This document shows, piece by piece, positions 18,617 through 26,597 of a DNA stretch of 64,000 nt. Both the position numbers and the translations under genes were made by a program. The stretch's first letter is position 1. Every line of letters begins with the position of its first letter. A model generated the notes under the pieces. The model worked only from the letters and a program-made list of their open reading frames with translations, ran no database searches and had not been told where the DNA came from. The stretch covers positions 12,850 through 76,849 of the forward strand of contig JANXZA010000072.1 of assembly GCA_025355745.1 (NCBI GenBank), given 5' to 3'. Source of the DNA: Rhizobacter sp. (GTDB lineage Bacteria; Pseudomonadota; Gammaproteobacteria; Burkholderiales; Burkholderiaceae_C).

Positions 18617-19807
18617 TCACGGCTTGAACTTCTCCGGGTCGGCCGGGCGCAGGAAAAAGGCGTCGAGCTTGGCGGTGCTGGCCCAACGGTTGATGCCGAT
18701 GCTGAGCCACTTGTCGGAGTCTTCGCTGCAGTCGGCGGGCACGGATTTCTCGATGTCTGCGTAGGTCAGCTTGACCGGCTCGACCAGCACCGACTGGACC
18801 TTCGGGCCCTGGCCCTGCAACGTGCGCATCATGATGTTCCAGGCCAGCTCCATGTCGTCGGCGGGCGGCCAGGCCTGGATCGCGGCGCTGATGTACTTCG
18901 GGTTCTTGCGCCAGTAGCACAGTGCGCCGAGTTCACCACCGACCGTGATCGGGACCATCTTGCGCCCCGATTGCTTGAGCGCGCGCAAGCCGCCGAGTTC
19001 GGACGCTGACTGGATCACGACGCCGTTCAATTCGCCCGGGTTGGTGGCGAGCCACTTCTGCACCTCGGCCTGCGCAACCTGATCGGTCCACATGCCGGCG
19101 ACGCTGCCGACGACCTTGATGCCGGGGTATTTCGCCAGGGCCGCTTTCACGCCCCGGTCTTGCGAGTCGGACGCCGACGTGCCGGGGATGCCCTCGACCA
19201 CCAGCACATTGCCCTTCTTGCCGATTTCTTCGGCCATCCAGGTGCCGAGCTGGAAGCCGCCGAGCTGGAAGTTGGCCGACGAGTTGACGGCATATGGCGA
19301 GGTCAAATAGCCGGTCGCCGAGAAGGTCGGGATGCCCTTGTCGTACGCGACCTTGACGGTCTGGTTCAGCGCCGTCGGGTTCGAGCAGCAGACGATGATC
19401 GCGTCCACGCCCTGGTCGATGAGCTGGCGCATCTGCTGGATCTGCGTCGCGTCCTTCAGGTTCGACTGCGTGATGATCACTTCCTTGATCAGGCCGAGCT
19501 TTTTCCACTTCGGAATCAGCTCGTTCTGCAACCGGTCCATCACCGCCGCGCGCCAGGTGTTGCCGGCGTAGGAACTGGCATAGCCGATGGTCCACGGCGG
19601 GCCTTTCTTGGGCTTCCAGTCGCGGTACGCGCTGGGGCCGAGCGGCTGGGCCGGGTCCATCATGTCGCCTGAGTACAGGCGGGTGCGAACGTCGGCCGGA
19701 AGCTCGTCGACGCCGGTGGCGAACGCTGCGCCCGACGCGCCAGCCACCAGCCCGGCCAGCGCCAAGGCCCTGACACCGCGACGTTGTTGCATGCGAAGTT
19801 GGTTCAT
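18617..19807 (-). CDS. Sugar-type ABC periplasmic substrate-binding protein
   Basis: RRG..ALALAGLVAGASGAAFA signal; IGYASSYAGNTWR, QIQQMRQLIDQGVDAIIV, VEGIPGTS..DR. GGGAG RBS. Confidence 0.9.
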   Translation of the reverse strand: MNQLRMQQRRGVRALALAGLVAGASGAAFATGVDELPADVRTRLYSGDMMDPAQPLGPSAYRDWKPKKGPPWTIGYASSYAGNTWRAAVMDRLQNELIPKWKKLGLIKEVIITQSNLKDATQIQQMRQLIDQGVDAIIVCCSNPTALNQTVKVAYDKGIPTFSATGYLTSPYAVNSSANFQLGGFQLGTWMAEEIGKKGNVLVVEGIPGTSASDSQDRGVKAALAKYPGIKVVGSVAGMWTDQVAQAEVQKWLATNPGELNGVVIQSASELGGLRALKQSGRKMVPITVGGELGALCYWRKNPKYISAAIQAWPPADDMELAWNIMMRTLQGQGPKVQSVLVEPVKLTYADIEKSVPADCSEDSDKWLSIGINRWASTAKLDAFFLRPADPEKFKP

Positions 19808-19873
19808 GTCATCTCCCGGGCTTTTGTGAAGGCGTCTTTGCGCCTGCATTCATGTTCGGGCAACCCTGCCGAT

Positions 19874-19916
19874 CCGGCAATTTCCAATTTTCGAACCCCG
19901 CCTTCGGCAATTGCGA
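19874..19916. promoter_or_regulatory. Second copy of the putative LysR double-box motif
   Basis: CCGGCAATT-N10-GAACCC-N4-TTCGG-N4-TGCGA, with the same spacing and orientation as 5617-5659. Confidence 0.5.
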
Positions 19917-19985
19917 TGCCCTTCGGTTGCGCCGGCGGCACGAGCGCGGCGCAGGCAGAATCGGTGACCACCCACGGAGATTCGC

Positions 19986-21029
19986 ATGGCCCCTCGCCGC
20001 AACCAACCCTTTCGCTTCTCAGCGCTGCGCCGCCGGCTCGGCCTGGCCGCCGGCCTGCTCGCTGCGGCGCCGTTTGCGCTGGCCCAGACCGGCGCGCCGG
20101 TCGTCATCAAGTTCAGCCATGTGGTGGCGCCCGACACGCCGAAGGGCAAGGCCTCGGAGCGCTTCAAGCAGCTGGCCGAGGAACGCAGCAAGGGCCGCGT
20201 GAAGGTCGAGGTCTACCCGAACAGCCAGCTCTACAAGGACAAGGAGGAACTCGAAGCGCTGCAGCTCGGCTCGGTGCAGATGCTGGCGCCGTCGCTGGCC
20301 AAGTTCGGCCCGCTCGGCGTGAAGGAGTTCGAGGTCTTCGACCTGCCGTTCATCTTCAAGGACACACCGTCGTTTCGCGCCGTCACCGATGGGCCGGTGG
20401 GCAAGGCGATGCTGGCCAAGCTCGACGCCAAGGGCATCACTGGCCTGGCCTACTGGGACAACGGCTTCGACGTGATGAGCGCGAACCGGCCGCTGCACCA
20501 GGTGGCCGACTTCAAGGGCCTGAAGATGCGCATCCAGAGCTCGAAGGTGCTCGACGCGAACATGCGCTCACTCGGCGCGATCCCGCAGGTGATGGCGTTC
20601 TCGGAGCTGTACCAGGCGCTGCAGTCGGGCGTGGTCGACGGGATGGAGAACACCGCCTCGAACGTCTACACGCAGAAGGTCTACGAGGTGCAAAAGCACG
20701 TCACGGTGTCGAACCACGGCCACATCGCGTATGCGGTGGTGGTGAACAAGAAGTTCTGGGACGGCCTGGCGCCCGACCTGCGCGCCATCCTCGAAGGCGC
20801 GATGAAGGACGCGACGACCTACGCGAACGCGATCGCCGAGACCGAGAACGCGCAGGCGCTGGACAAGATCAAGGCGAGCGGCAAGAGCACGGTCTACACG
20901 CTGACGCCGGCCGAGACCGCCGAGTGGAAGAAGGCGATGTTCAGCGTCCACAAGGACATGGAAGTGCGCGTCGGCCGCGACACGATCCAGGCGGTTTACA
21001 AGGCGGCGGGGTTCGTGGCGCCGAAGTAG
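19986..21029 (+). CDS. dctP: TRAP transporter substrate-binding protein DctP (C4-dicarboxylate type)
   Basis: VIKFSHVVAPDTPKGKA, VEVYPNSQLYKDKEELEALQLG, DFKGLKMRIQSS, ALQSGVVDGMEN. Confidence 0.93.
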   Translation: MAPRRNQPFRFSALRRRLGLAAGLLAAAPFALAQTGAPVVIKFSHVVAPDTPKGKASERFKQLAEERSKGRVKVEVYPNSQLYKDKEELEALQLGSVQMLAPSLAKFGPLGVKEFEVFDLPFIFKDTPSFRAVTDGPVGKAMLAKLDAKGITGLAYWDNGFDVMSANRPLHQVADFKGLKMRIQSSKVLDANMRSLGAIPQVMAFSELYQALQSGVVDGMENTASNVYTQKVYEVQKHVTVSNHGHIAYAVVVNKKFWDGLAPDLRAILEGAMKDATTYANAIAETENAQALDKIKASGKSTVYTLTPAETAEWKKAMFSVHKDMEVRVGRDTIQAVYKAAGFVAPK

Positions 21030-21057
21030 CGCGGACGGGCACTGGGGAAACCAAGAT

Positions 21058-21174
21058 CCAACTCACTCACCGCAGAGGCGCAGAGGACGCGGAGTTAACG
21101 CAGAGTAAGAAGGAATGCAATTGGATTTCTCTGCGCAACTCTGCGCTCTCTGCGCCTCTGCGGTGGTGAGTTGG
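21058..21174. repeat. Family A palindromic element, copy 3
   Basis: CCAACTCACTCACCGCAGAGGCGCAGAG...CTCTGCGCCTCTGCGGTGGTGAGTTGG, located between convergent genes. Confidence 0.88.
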
Positions 21175-21239
21175 CGTTCAGGTGCCCCGCTCAGATCGAT
21201 CGAAAAACGCTCGGGCCGAGACCCGCGCCGCCGCCGCCG

Positions 21240-21923
21240 CTAAAGTGCTGCACGGCCCTGCACGATCTCGATGCGGCGGCGCAGGCGCTGCGCCTCGTCG
21301 CTGGCACCCGCCAGTTCGGCGCGCTTCAACTGCACGCCCAGCCACGCCAGCAGCGGGCGGCGCCAGCCTTGCATCGAGGCAGTGTCGATGGCGACGGCGA
21401 TGACTTGCGGATCGGCGCGGCCCGCTTCGAACAGCACGCCGGCGGCGACCAGCCGCGACAGCGGATCGGCGATGGAGCCCAGCGCGGCCACGTTCGCTGC
21501 GTCGCCAGAAGCGCCCGCCGCCACGCCGCGTTGCGCCTCGGGCAGCAGGCCGATGTCCTGGGCTTGAACCCGCGCGGCCAGGTAGTCGGCGTAGGCGCGT
21601 TCGGGTGCGGGCACATCGGCGCGCAACGCCTCGAAGCCGGCGCAGGGCTGGAACACCAGGCTCCCCACCTGCGCGGCACAGTGCGCGAGTTCGATGCGGG
21701 CCAGCAGGTCGGTGCGGCCGGTACGGGCGATCTCGCTGCGGGCGCGCTGCAGTTCTTGCGCTTCGATGCGTGCATCGCCGCTCAGATAAGCCGTTAGGGC
21801 ACGCTCGCTCGCGGTCCTCGCGTTCATCTGCCAGTCGGGTGGCGGCGGGTGGCTGGCGCAGCCGGCGATGGATGCGAGCCCGGCGGCCGCCACTGCGGCG
21901 AGAAAACACGTTGCGGGCTTCAT
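21240..21923 (-). CDS. Putative lipoprotein associated with MCE protein
   Basis: MKPATCFLAAVAAAGLASIAGC lipobox; ATGA overlap with the upstream MlaD-family gene. Confidence 0.75.
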   Translation of the reverse strand: MKPATCFLAAVAAAGLASIAGCASHPPPPDWQMNARTASERALTAYLSGDARIEAQELQRARSEIARTGRTDLLARIELAHCAAQVGSLVFQPCAGFEALRADVPAPERAYADYLAARVQAQDIGLLPEAQRGVAAGASGDAANVAALGSIADPLSRLVAAGVLFEAGRADPQVIAVAIDTASMQGWRRPLLAWLGVQLKRAELAGASDEAQRLRRRIEIVQGRAAL

Positions 21924-22903
21924 CACGGCAATTTCAGGGTCGTGTCGCGCGCGAACGGCCACTTGCGGTTCACCTCGTTGATGAGCTGATCGACATTGCG
22001 CAAGCTGGTCTCCACTTCGGCGCGCAGACTGCCCAGGTCGGCGGTGGCAACCCGCGCGTTCGCACCGACGGCGCGCGCCTCTTCGAGCACCGCATCGACC
22101 TTGACGAGGCTGGCGCGCGCCTCGTTCAACATTGCGCTCAGTTGCACGACCGTGGTGCGGGCCTCGCGCAGCACGCCCTGGTCGCCGAAAACCTGCGCAT
22201 CGGCCTTGACGGCCAGGCCATCGACGCGCGCCAGCAAGGCGTTGACGCGGTCGAGCGCGACGCTGAGCTTCTGCGCTTCGGTGTCGCCGCCGAACAGTGC
22301 GCCCATCGCCCCGCCCGGGCCCTTGAGCTTGTCGGTGAAGGCCTGCAGATTGGCCAGGCTGGTGTTGATCGGCGCCTCTGGCGCGCTCAGCGCGCCCAGG
22401 TTCTGCACCAGTTGGCGAGCATCGGCCAGCAGCTTCGGGACTTCGGCGCTGGCGTCGCCGCGCAGCGCCGTGCGCACCGCGCCGTCAGGCAACGGCGGGT
22501 CGGCCAGGATGCCGCTGTAAGCGCGGATGTTGGTGCCGCCCACAAGCCCGCGCACGAGCGTGAAGACGCTGGAGGTGCGCAGCCAGCGCGCGTCTTTCAG
22601 CGGCACATCGACGAGGATGCGGACGTTGCCGTCGGCGCCGAGTTCGGTGCTGCGCACCCGCCCGATCGGGAAGCCGGCGAAGGTCACGTCCATGCCGACG
22701 ACCACGCCTTCCGAGTCGTCGGTCAGCAGCACCAGTTGCTGCGTGGCCTCGAACGCGCCGCGTGCATAACTCAGGTACAGCACGGCACCGACCACCAGCG
22801 CCAGCAGGCCGATCAGCAGCAGCGCGGCCTTGAACTGCAGATGGTCGGGAACGGCCGTGGTGGCTGGTGCGGCCGGCAAGGGGGGCGGGGGTTCGTCCTG
22901 CAT
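21923..22903 (-). CDS. MlaD/MCE family protein
   Basis: N-terminal TM; DDSEGVVVGMDVTFAGFPIGRV MCE domain, then a helical region. Confidence 0.88.
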   Translation of the reverse strand: MQDEPPPPLPAAPATTAVPDHLQFKAALLLIGLLALVVGAVLYLSYARGAFEATQQLVLLTDDSEGVVVGMDVTFAGFPIGRVRSTELGADGNVRILVDVPLKDARWLRTSSVFTLVRGLVGGTNIRAYSGILADPPLPDGAVRTALRGDASAEVPKLLADARQLVQNLGALSAPEAPINTSLANLQAFTDKLKGPGGAMGALFGGDTEAQKLSVALDRVNALLARVDGLAVKADAQVFGDQGVLREARTTVVQLSAMLNEARASLVKVDAVLEEARAVGANARVATADLGSLRAEVETSLRNVDQLINEVNRKWPFARDTTLKLP

Positions 22904-22910
22904 TACGGCA

Positions 22911-23753
22911 TCAATGGTAGTTGCCCAGCAGCGAGGCCACTTCGATCAGCAGGATCACGCTGAATAGGCGCACCAGGCTGCTCAGCTCGGCGCTGGCGGC
23001 GCTGCCTGCGCCTGCGCTCTTACCCGCAGTCGCACCCGCGCCATCGCCGCGCAGCGCCGCCGCGACCGGGATCAGCGCCACGGCCAGGCTGAAGAACAGC
23101 GTCTTCAGCGCGAAGATCAAGGCCACGCCAGGGTTGAAGATCTGCCCGAGCGTGCGCGTGAAGCCGGCGAAGGCCGAAGTCCGAAAACCGTACACCGACA
23201 GATAGGCCAGCCCCATCGCGATGAAGCAGCTCACCGCCGCCAGCATCACGACGGCGAAGCTGCCCGCCACCACGCGCGGCAGCAGCTCGCGGCGGATCGG
23301 GTCGATGCCAGCGCGCTGCATCGCCTCGAACTCGCCGCGCGCGCGCAACTGCGCCAGCTCGGTGGCGCTGGGCAGGGTGCAGCGCATCGCCACGAACAGC
23401 GCGGTGCCGAGCGGAATCAGCTCCAGCACCAGCACCCGCACCACCAGCTGCAATGCGTACTGCGACAGGCCGTAGCTGAGGGCCGTGACGACGACGATGC
23501 GGATCAGCACCAGGCTGATCAACGCGGCCAGCGCCGCGAACCACGGCAGCACCGGCACCGTGCCGAGGTAGAGGTGGCGCGCCAGCGCGGCGCGGTTGTC
23601 GCGCTCGTAGCTCGACGGCGACAAGGCCAGCACGCCGAGCAGCGCGCCGGTGTGCAACACCTGCCACCAGCTCACCGACCAGCGCGCGCCGGCCCGGCCC
23701 GCGCCCCGGCTGGCATCGCCAAGCACCGCCTGCCAGGTCCGGGTGGGGATCAT
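22911..23753 (-). CDS. MlaE-family permease
   Basis: LVLELIPLGTALFVA..ELAQLRARGEFEAMQRAGIDP..LLPRVVAG. Start set at ATG 23753; the track ORF extension to 24710 is treated as spurious. Confidence 0.82.
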   Translation of the reverse strand: MIPTRTWQAVLGDASRGAGRAGARWSVSWWQVLHTGALLGVLALSPSSYERDNRAALARHLYLGTVPVLPWFAALAALISLVLIRIVVVTALSYGLSQYALQLVVRVLVLELIPLGTALFVAMRCTLPSATELAQLRARGEFEAMQRAGIDPIRRELLPRVVAGSFAVVMLAAVSCFIAMGLAYLSVYGFRTSAFAGFTRTLGQIFNPGVALIFALKTLFFSLAVALIPVAAALRGDGAGATAGKSAGAGSAASAELSSLVRLFSVILLIEVASLLGNYH

Positions 23754-23823
23754 GGCGGAATGATAGGGGTGGGGGCTGCGCAAGGCCGCTCCACTGTCTT
23801 CGGGAACAATGCGTGCGGCCTCG

Positions 23824-23885
23824 CCCTCACCCCAGCCCTGTCTCCCAGGGCCACGAAGGGGCCACTTTGTGACCCTGGGAGAGGG
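23824..23885. repeat. REP-like hairpin, family B, with enlarged loop
   Basis: CCCTCACCCCAGCCCTGTCTCCCAGGG...CCCTGGGAGAGGG. Confidence 0.65.
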
Positions 23886-23927
23886 AGAAGAGCAAGTCCC
23901 CCCATACCTACCCACGCACCCACCGCC

Positions 23928-24638
23928 TTGCCTGCCTTCCTGCACCGCCGTACCGTCTGGCTGCCGACCTTGTGGGGCTGGGCTGCGATCCTCAGCGCCA
24001 TCGTGATGTCGATCGTGGCGCTGGCCTTCGCGGCCGACGCCTGGCTGGCGCCGAACCGGCCTGCCGAAGGCACCGGCGGCGCGGGTGCCAGCGTGCTGAT
24101 CGTCGAAGGCTGGCTCGAGGGCCCCGACCTGGACCAGGCGGTCATGGCATTCCGGCGCGGCCGCTACGAACGCATCGTCACCACCGGCGGCCCGATCGAC
24201 GCGTGGTTCGGCGTGCCGGCCTCGCGCAACTTTGCCGAGCGAGGTGCGGCCTACCTGAAGACGCACGGTCTGGCCGATGTGCAGATCGACGCCGTCGCCG
24301 CGCCGGCTTCGGCGCAGGACCGGACCTTCCTGAGTGCCGTCATGGTGCGCGAATGGGCGCAGCGTTCCGGCGTGGCGCTGAGTGCGGTCGACCTGTTCTC
24401 GGCCGGCGTCCACGCGCGTCGCTCGCGCCTGCTGTTCCGGATGGCGTTCGGCCCGGGCGTGACGGTCGGCGTGCTGGCGTCGCGGCCGCCGGACTTCGAC
24501 GCCCGCCACTGGTGGCGCAGCAGCGCTGGCACCAAGGCCGTGATGGGCGAGACCTTGAGCCTGGCCTGGACGACGTGCTGCTTCTGGCCGCCTGCGCCCG
24601 GCTCGCACGAGGAGCGCTGGGCCGTGCCGGCGCGTTGA
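23928..24638 (+). CDS. YdcF/ElyC-like (DUF218) protein
   Basis: N-terminal TM, LIVEGW, IVTTGGP, DRTFLSA, GVHARRSRLLF. Start uncertain (TTG 23928). Confidence 0.72.
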   Translation: MPAFLHRRTVWLPTLWGWAAILSAIVMSIVALAFAADAWLAPNRPAEGTGGAGASVLIVEGWLEGPDLDQAVMAFRRGRYERIVTTGGPIDAWFGVPASRNFAERGAAYLKTHGLADVQIDAVAAPASAQDRTFLSAVMVREWAQRSGVALSAVDLFSAGVHARRSRLLFRMAFGPGVTVGVLASRPPDFDARHWWRSSAGTKAVMGETLSLAWTTCCFWPPAPGSHEERWAVPAR

Positions 24639-24725
24639 CTCGGCCGCAGGCGCCGGACCGGGCACCGAACCGGCTGGCCGGCTCGGTATGCTGCGCCTGC
24701 CGTCACCCACCCCAATGGAGCTTTC

Positions 24726-25919
24726 ATGGCAGACGCAAGCGCCCCCGCGAAATCAGGCAAGGTCGTGATCCGCCACATCGGCTTGCTGCTGTCGGGCGAC
24801 ATCGACCGGCCGGTCCTCGATGCCGACACGATCGTCGCGCACGACGGCCTGATCACGGCCGTCGGCTTCGAGGCCGACTGCGACATCAGCGCGCCCACCA
24901 CCTTGATCGATGCGCGCGGCACCTGCGTCGCGCCCGGTCTGATCGACAGCCATGTGCACCCGGTGTTCGGTGACTGGACGCCGCGCCAGAGCCAGCTCGG
25001 CTGGATCGAATCGACCCTGCACGGCGGCGTGACGACGATGATCTCGGCCGGCGAAGTGCACCTGCCGGGCCGGCCGAAAGACATCGTCGGCCTGAAGGCG
25101 CTGGCGATCACCGCACAGCGCGCCTTCGACAACTTCCGCCCGGCCGGCGTGAAGGTGCTGGCCGGTGCGCCGATCGTCGAACACGGCATGGTCGAGAGCG
25201 ACTTCAAGGAGCTGGCCGCAGCCGGCGTGAGCCTGCTGGGCGAGATCGGCCTGGGCTCGGTGAAGGCCGGCGCCGAAGCCGCGCAGATGGTCAAGTGGGC
25301 GCGCAAGTACGGCATCCAGAGCACCATCCACACCGGCGGCCCGTCGATCCCCGGCTCGGGCCTGATCGACAAGGACGTGGTGCTCGAGGCCGACGCCGAC
25401 ATCATCGGCCACATCAACGGCGGCCACACCTCGTTGCCCGAGCAGCACGTGTGCGAGCTGTGCGAGAAGAGCGCCCGCGCGATCGAGATCGTCCACAACG
25501 GCAACGAGCGCGTGGCGATCGCGGCGGCGAAGATGGCAATGCAGCTGAAGTGCCCGCACCGCGTGATCCTGGGCACCGACTCACCCGCCGGCTCGGGCGT
25601 GCAGCCGCTCGGCATCCTGCGCCTGGTGGCGATGTTGGCGAGCCTGGCGAACCTGCCGGCCGAGCTGGTGTTCTGCTTTGCCACCGGCAACACGGCGCGC
25701 ATCCGCAAGCTGAACTGCGGGCTGATCGAAGTCGGCCGCGACGCCGACTTCGTCTTCATGGACCGGGCCCAGCACAGCGCCGGCCGCACCCTGCTGGAAA
25801 GCGTGGAGCTTGGCGACATTCCGGGTGTCGGCATGGTGATGATCGACGGCATCGTGCGCTGCGGGCGCAGCCGCAACACTCCGCCGGCAACCGAGCTGCC
25901 GGTGGTGGTCGGGGGGTGA
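24726..25919 (+). CDS. Enamidase-like amidohydrolase
   Basis: IGLLLSGDIDRPVLDADTI, PGLIDSHVHP, IHTGG, GHINGG, GTDSPAGSG (binuclear metal ligands); resembles the nicotinate-pathway enamidase family. Confidence 0.8.
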   Translation: MADASAPAKSGKVVIRHIGLLLSGDIDRPVLDADTIVAHDGLITAVGFEADCDISAPTTLIDARGTCVAPGLIDSHVHPVFGDWTPRQSQLGWIESTLHGGVTTMISAGEVHLPGRPKDIVGLKALAITAQRAFDNFRPAGVKVLAGAPIVEHGMVESDFKELAAAGVSLLGEIGLGSVKAGAEAAQMVKWARKYGIQSTIHTGGPSIPGSGLIDKDVVLEADADIIGHINGGHTSLPEQHVCELCEKSARAIEIVHNGNERVAIAAAKMAMQLKCPHRVILGTDSPAGSGVQPLGILRLVAMLASLANLPAELVFCFATGNTARIRKLNCGLIEVGRDADFVFMDRAQHSAGRTLLESVELGDIPGVGMVMIDGIVRCGRSRNTPPATELPVVVGG

Positions 25920-25967
25920 TCCAATGCGGCCTTGCGGGCCACGCGCCCGTACCCACCGAGAGAACCC

Positions 25968-26477
25968 ATGACCACTGCCCTGTACACCGCCTCGATCCCC
26001 GTCTTCACGCAACTGCTGGGCGGCCTGAGCGCCGTGCTGACGAAGGCCGAGGCGCATGCGCAAGCCCGCAGCATCGAGCCGAACGCGCTGCTCCAGGCGC
26101 GCCTGTACCCGGACATGTTCCCGCTGCTGCGCCAGGCCCGCGTGGCCTGCGATTTTGCGAAGAGCGTGGCGGCCCGGTTGGCCGGTGTGGAGGTGCCGAA
26201 CTTCGAAGACGACGAGCAGACGTTTGCCGACCTGCAGGCGCGCATCGCCAAGACGCTGGCCTTCATCGCCAGCCTGACCCCGGCGCAGTTCGAAGGCAGC
26301 GAGACGCGCGAGATCGTGACCCAGGCCGGCACGCCGAAAGAGAAGCGCTTCAGCGGCCAGTCGTACCTGCTGAGCTACGGCCTGCCGCACTTCTTCTTCC
26401 ACGTGAGCACGGCCTACGGCATCCTGCGCCACAACGGCGTCGAGGTCGGGAAGAAGGACTACATCGGGGTGTATTGA
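25968..26477 (+). CDS. DUF1993 (DinB-like) family protein
   Basis: LQARLYPDMFPLLRQ, LPHFFFHVSTAYGILRHNGVEVGKKDYIG. Confidence 0.9.
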   Translation: MTTALYTASIPVFTQLLGGLSAVLTKAEAHAQARSIEPNALLQARLYPDMFPLLRQARVACDFAKSVAARLAGVEVPNFEDDEQTFADLQARIAKTLAFIASLTPAQFEGSETREIVTQAGTPKEKRFSGQSYLLSYGLPHFFFHVSTAYGILRHNGVEVGKKDYIGVY

Positions 26478-26503
26478 GCGTCCTCTAGACCGTAGCAAAC
26501 GCC

Positions 26504-26578
26504 CCGCTCACCCTGAGCCCTTCGACAAGGCTCAGGACAGGCTTGTCGAAGGGCTTCGACAGGCTCAGCCCGAACGGA
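26504..26578. repeat. REP-like nested palindrome, family C (CTGAGC..GTCGAAG / CTTCGAC..GCTCAG)
   Basis: CCGCTCACCCTGAGCCCTTCGACAAGGCTCAGGACAGGCTTGTCGAAGGGCTTCGACAGGCTCAGCCCGAACGG, located between convergent genes. Confidence 0.75.
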
Positions 26579-26597
26579 CATCGACTCATTCAGTGGG

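Noticed and set aside
22911-24710. Apparent 599-aa MlaE with a long N-terminus
   Set aside because: The upstream part is antisense to the DUF218 gene and crosses a REP hairpin; the real start is near 23753.
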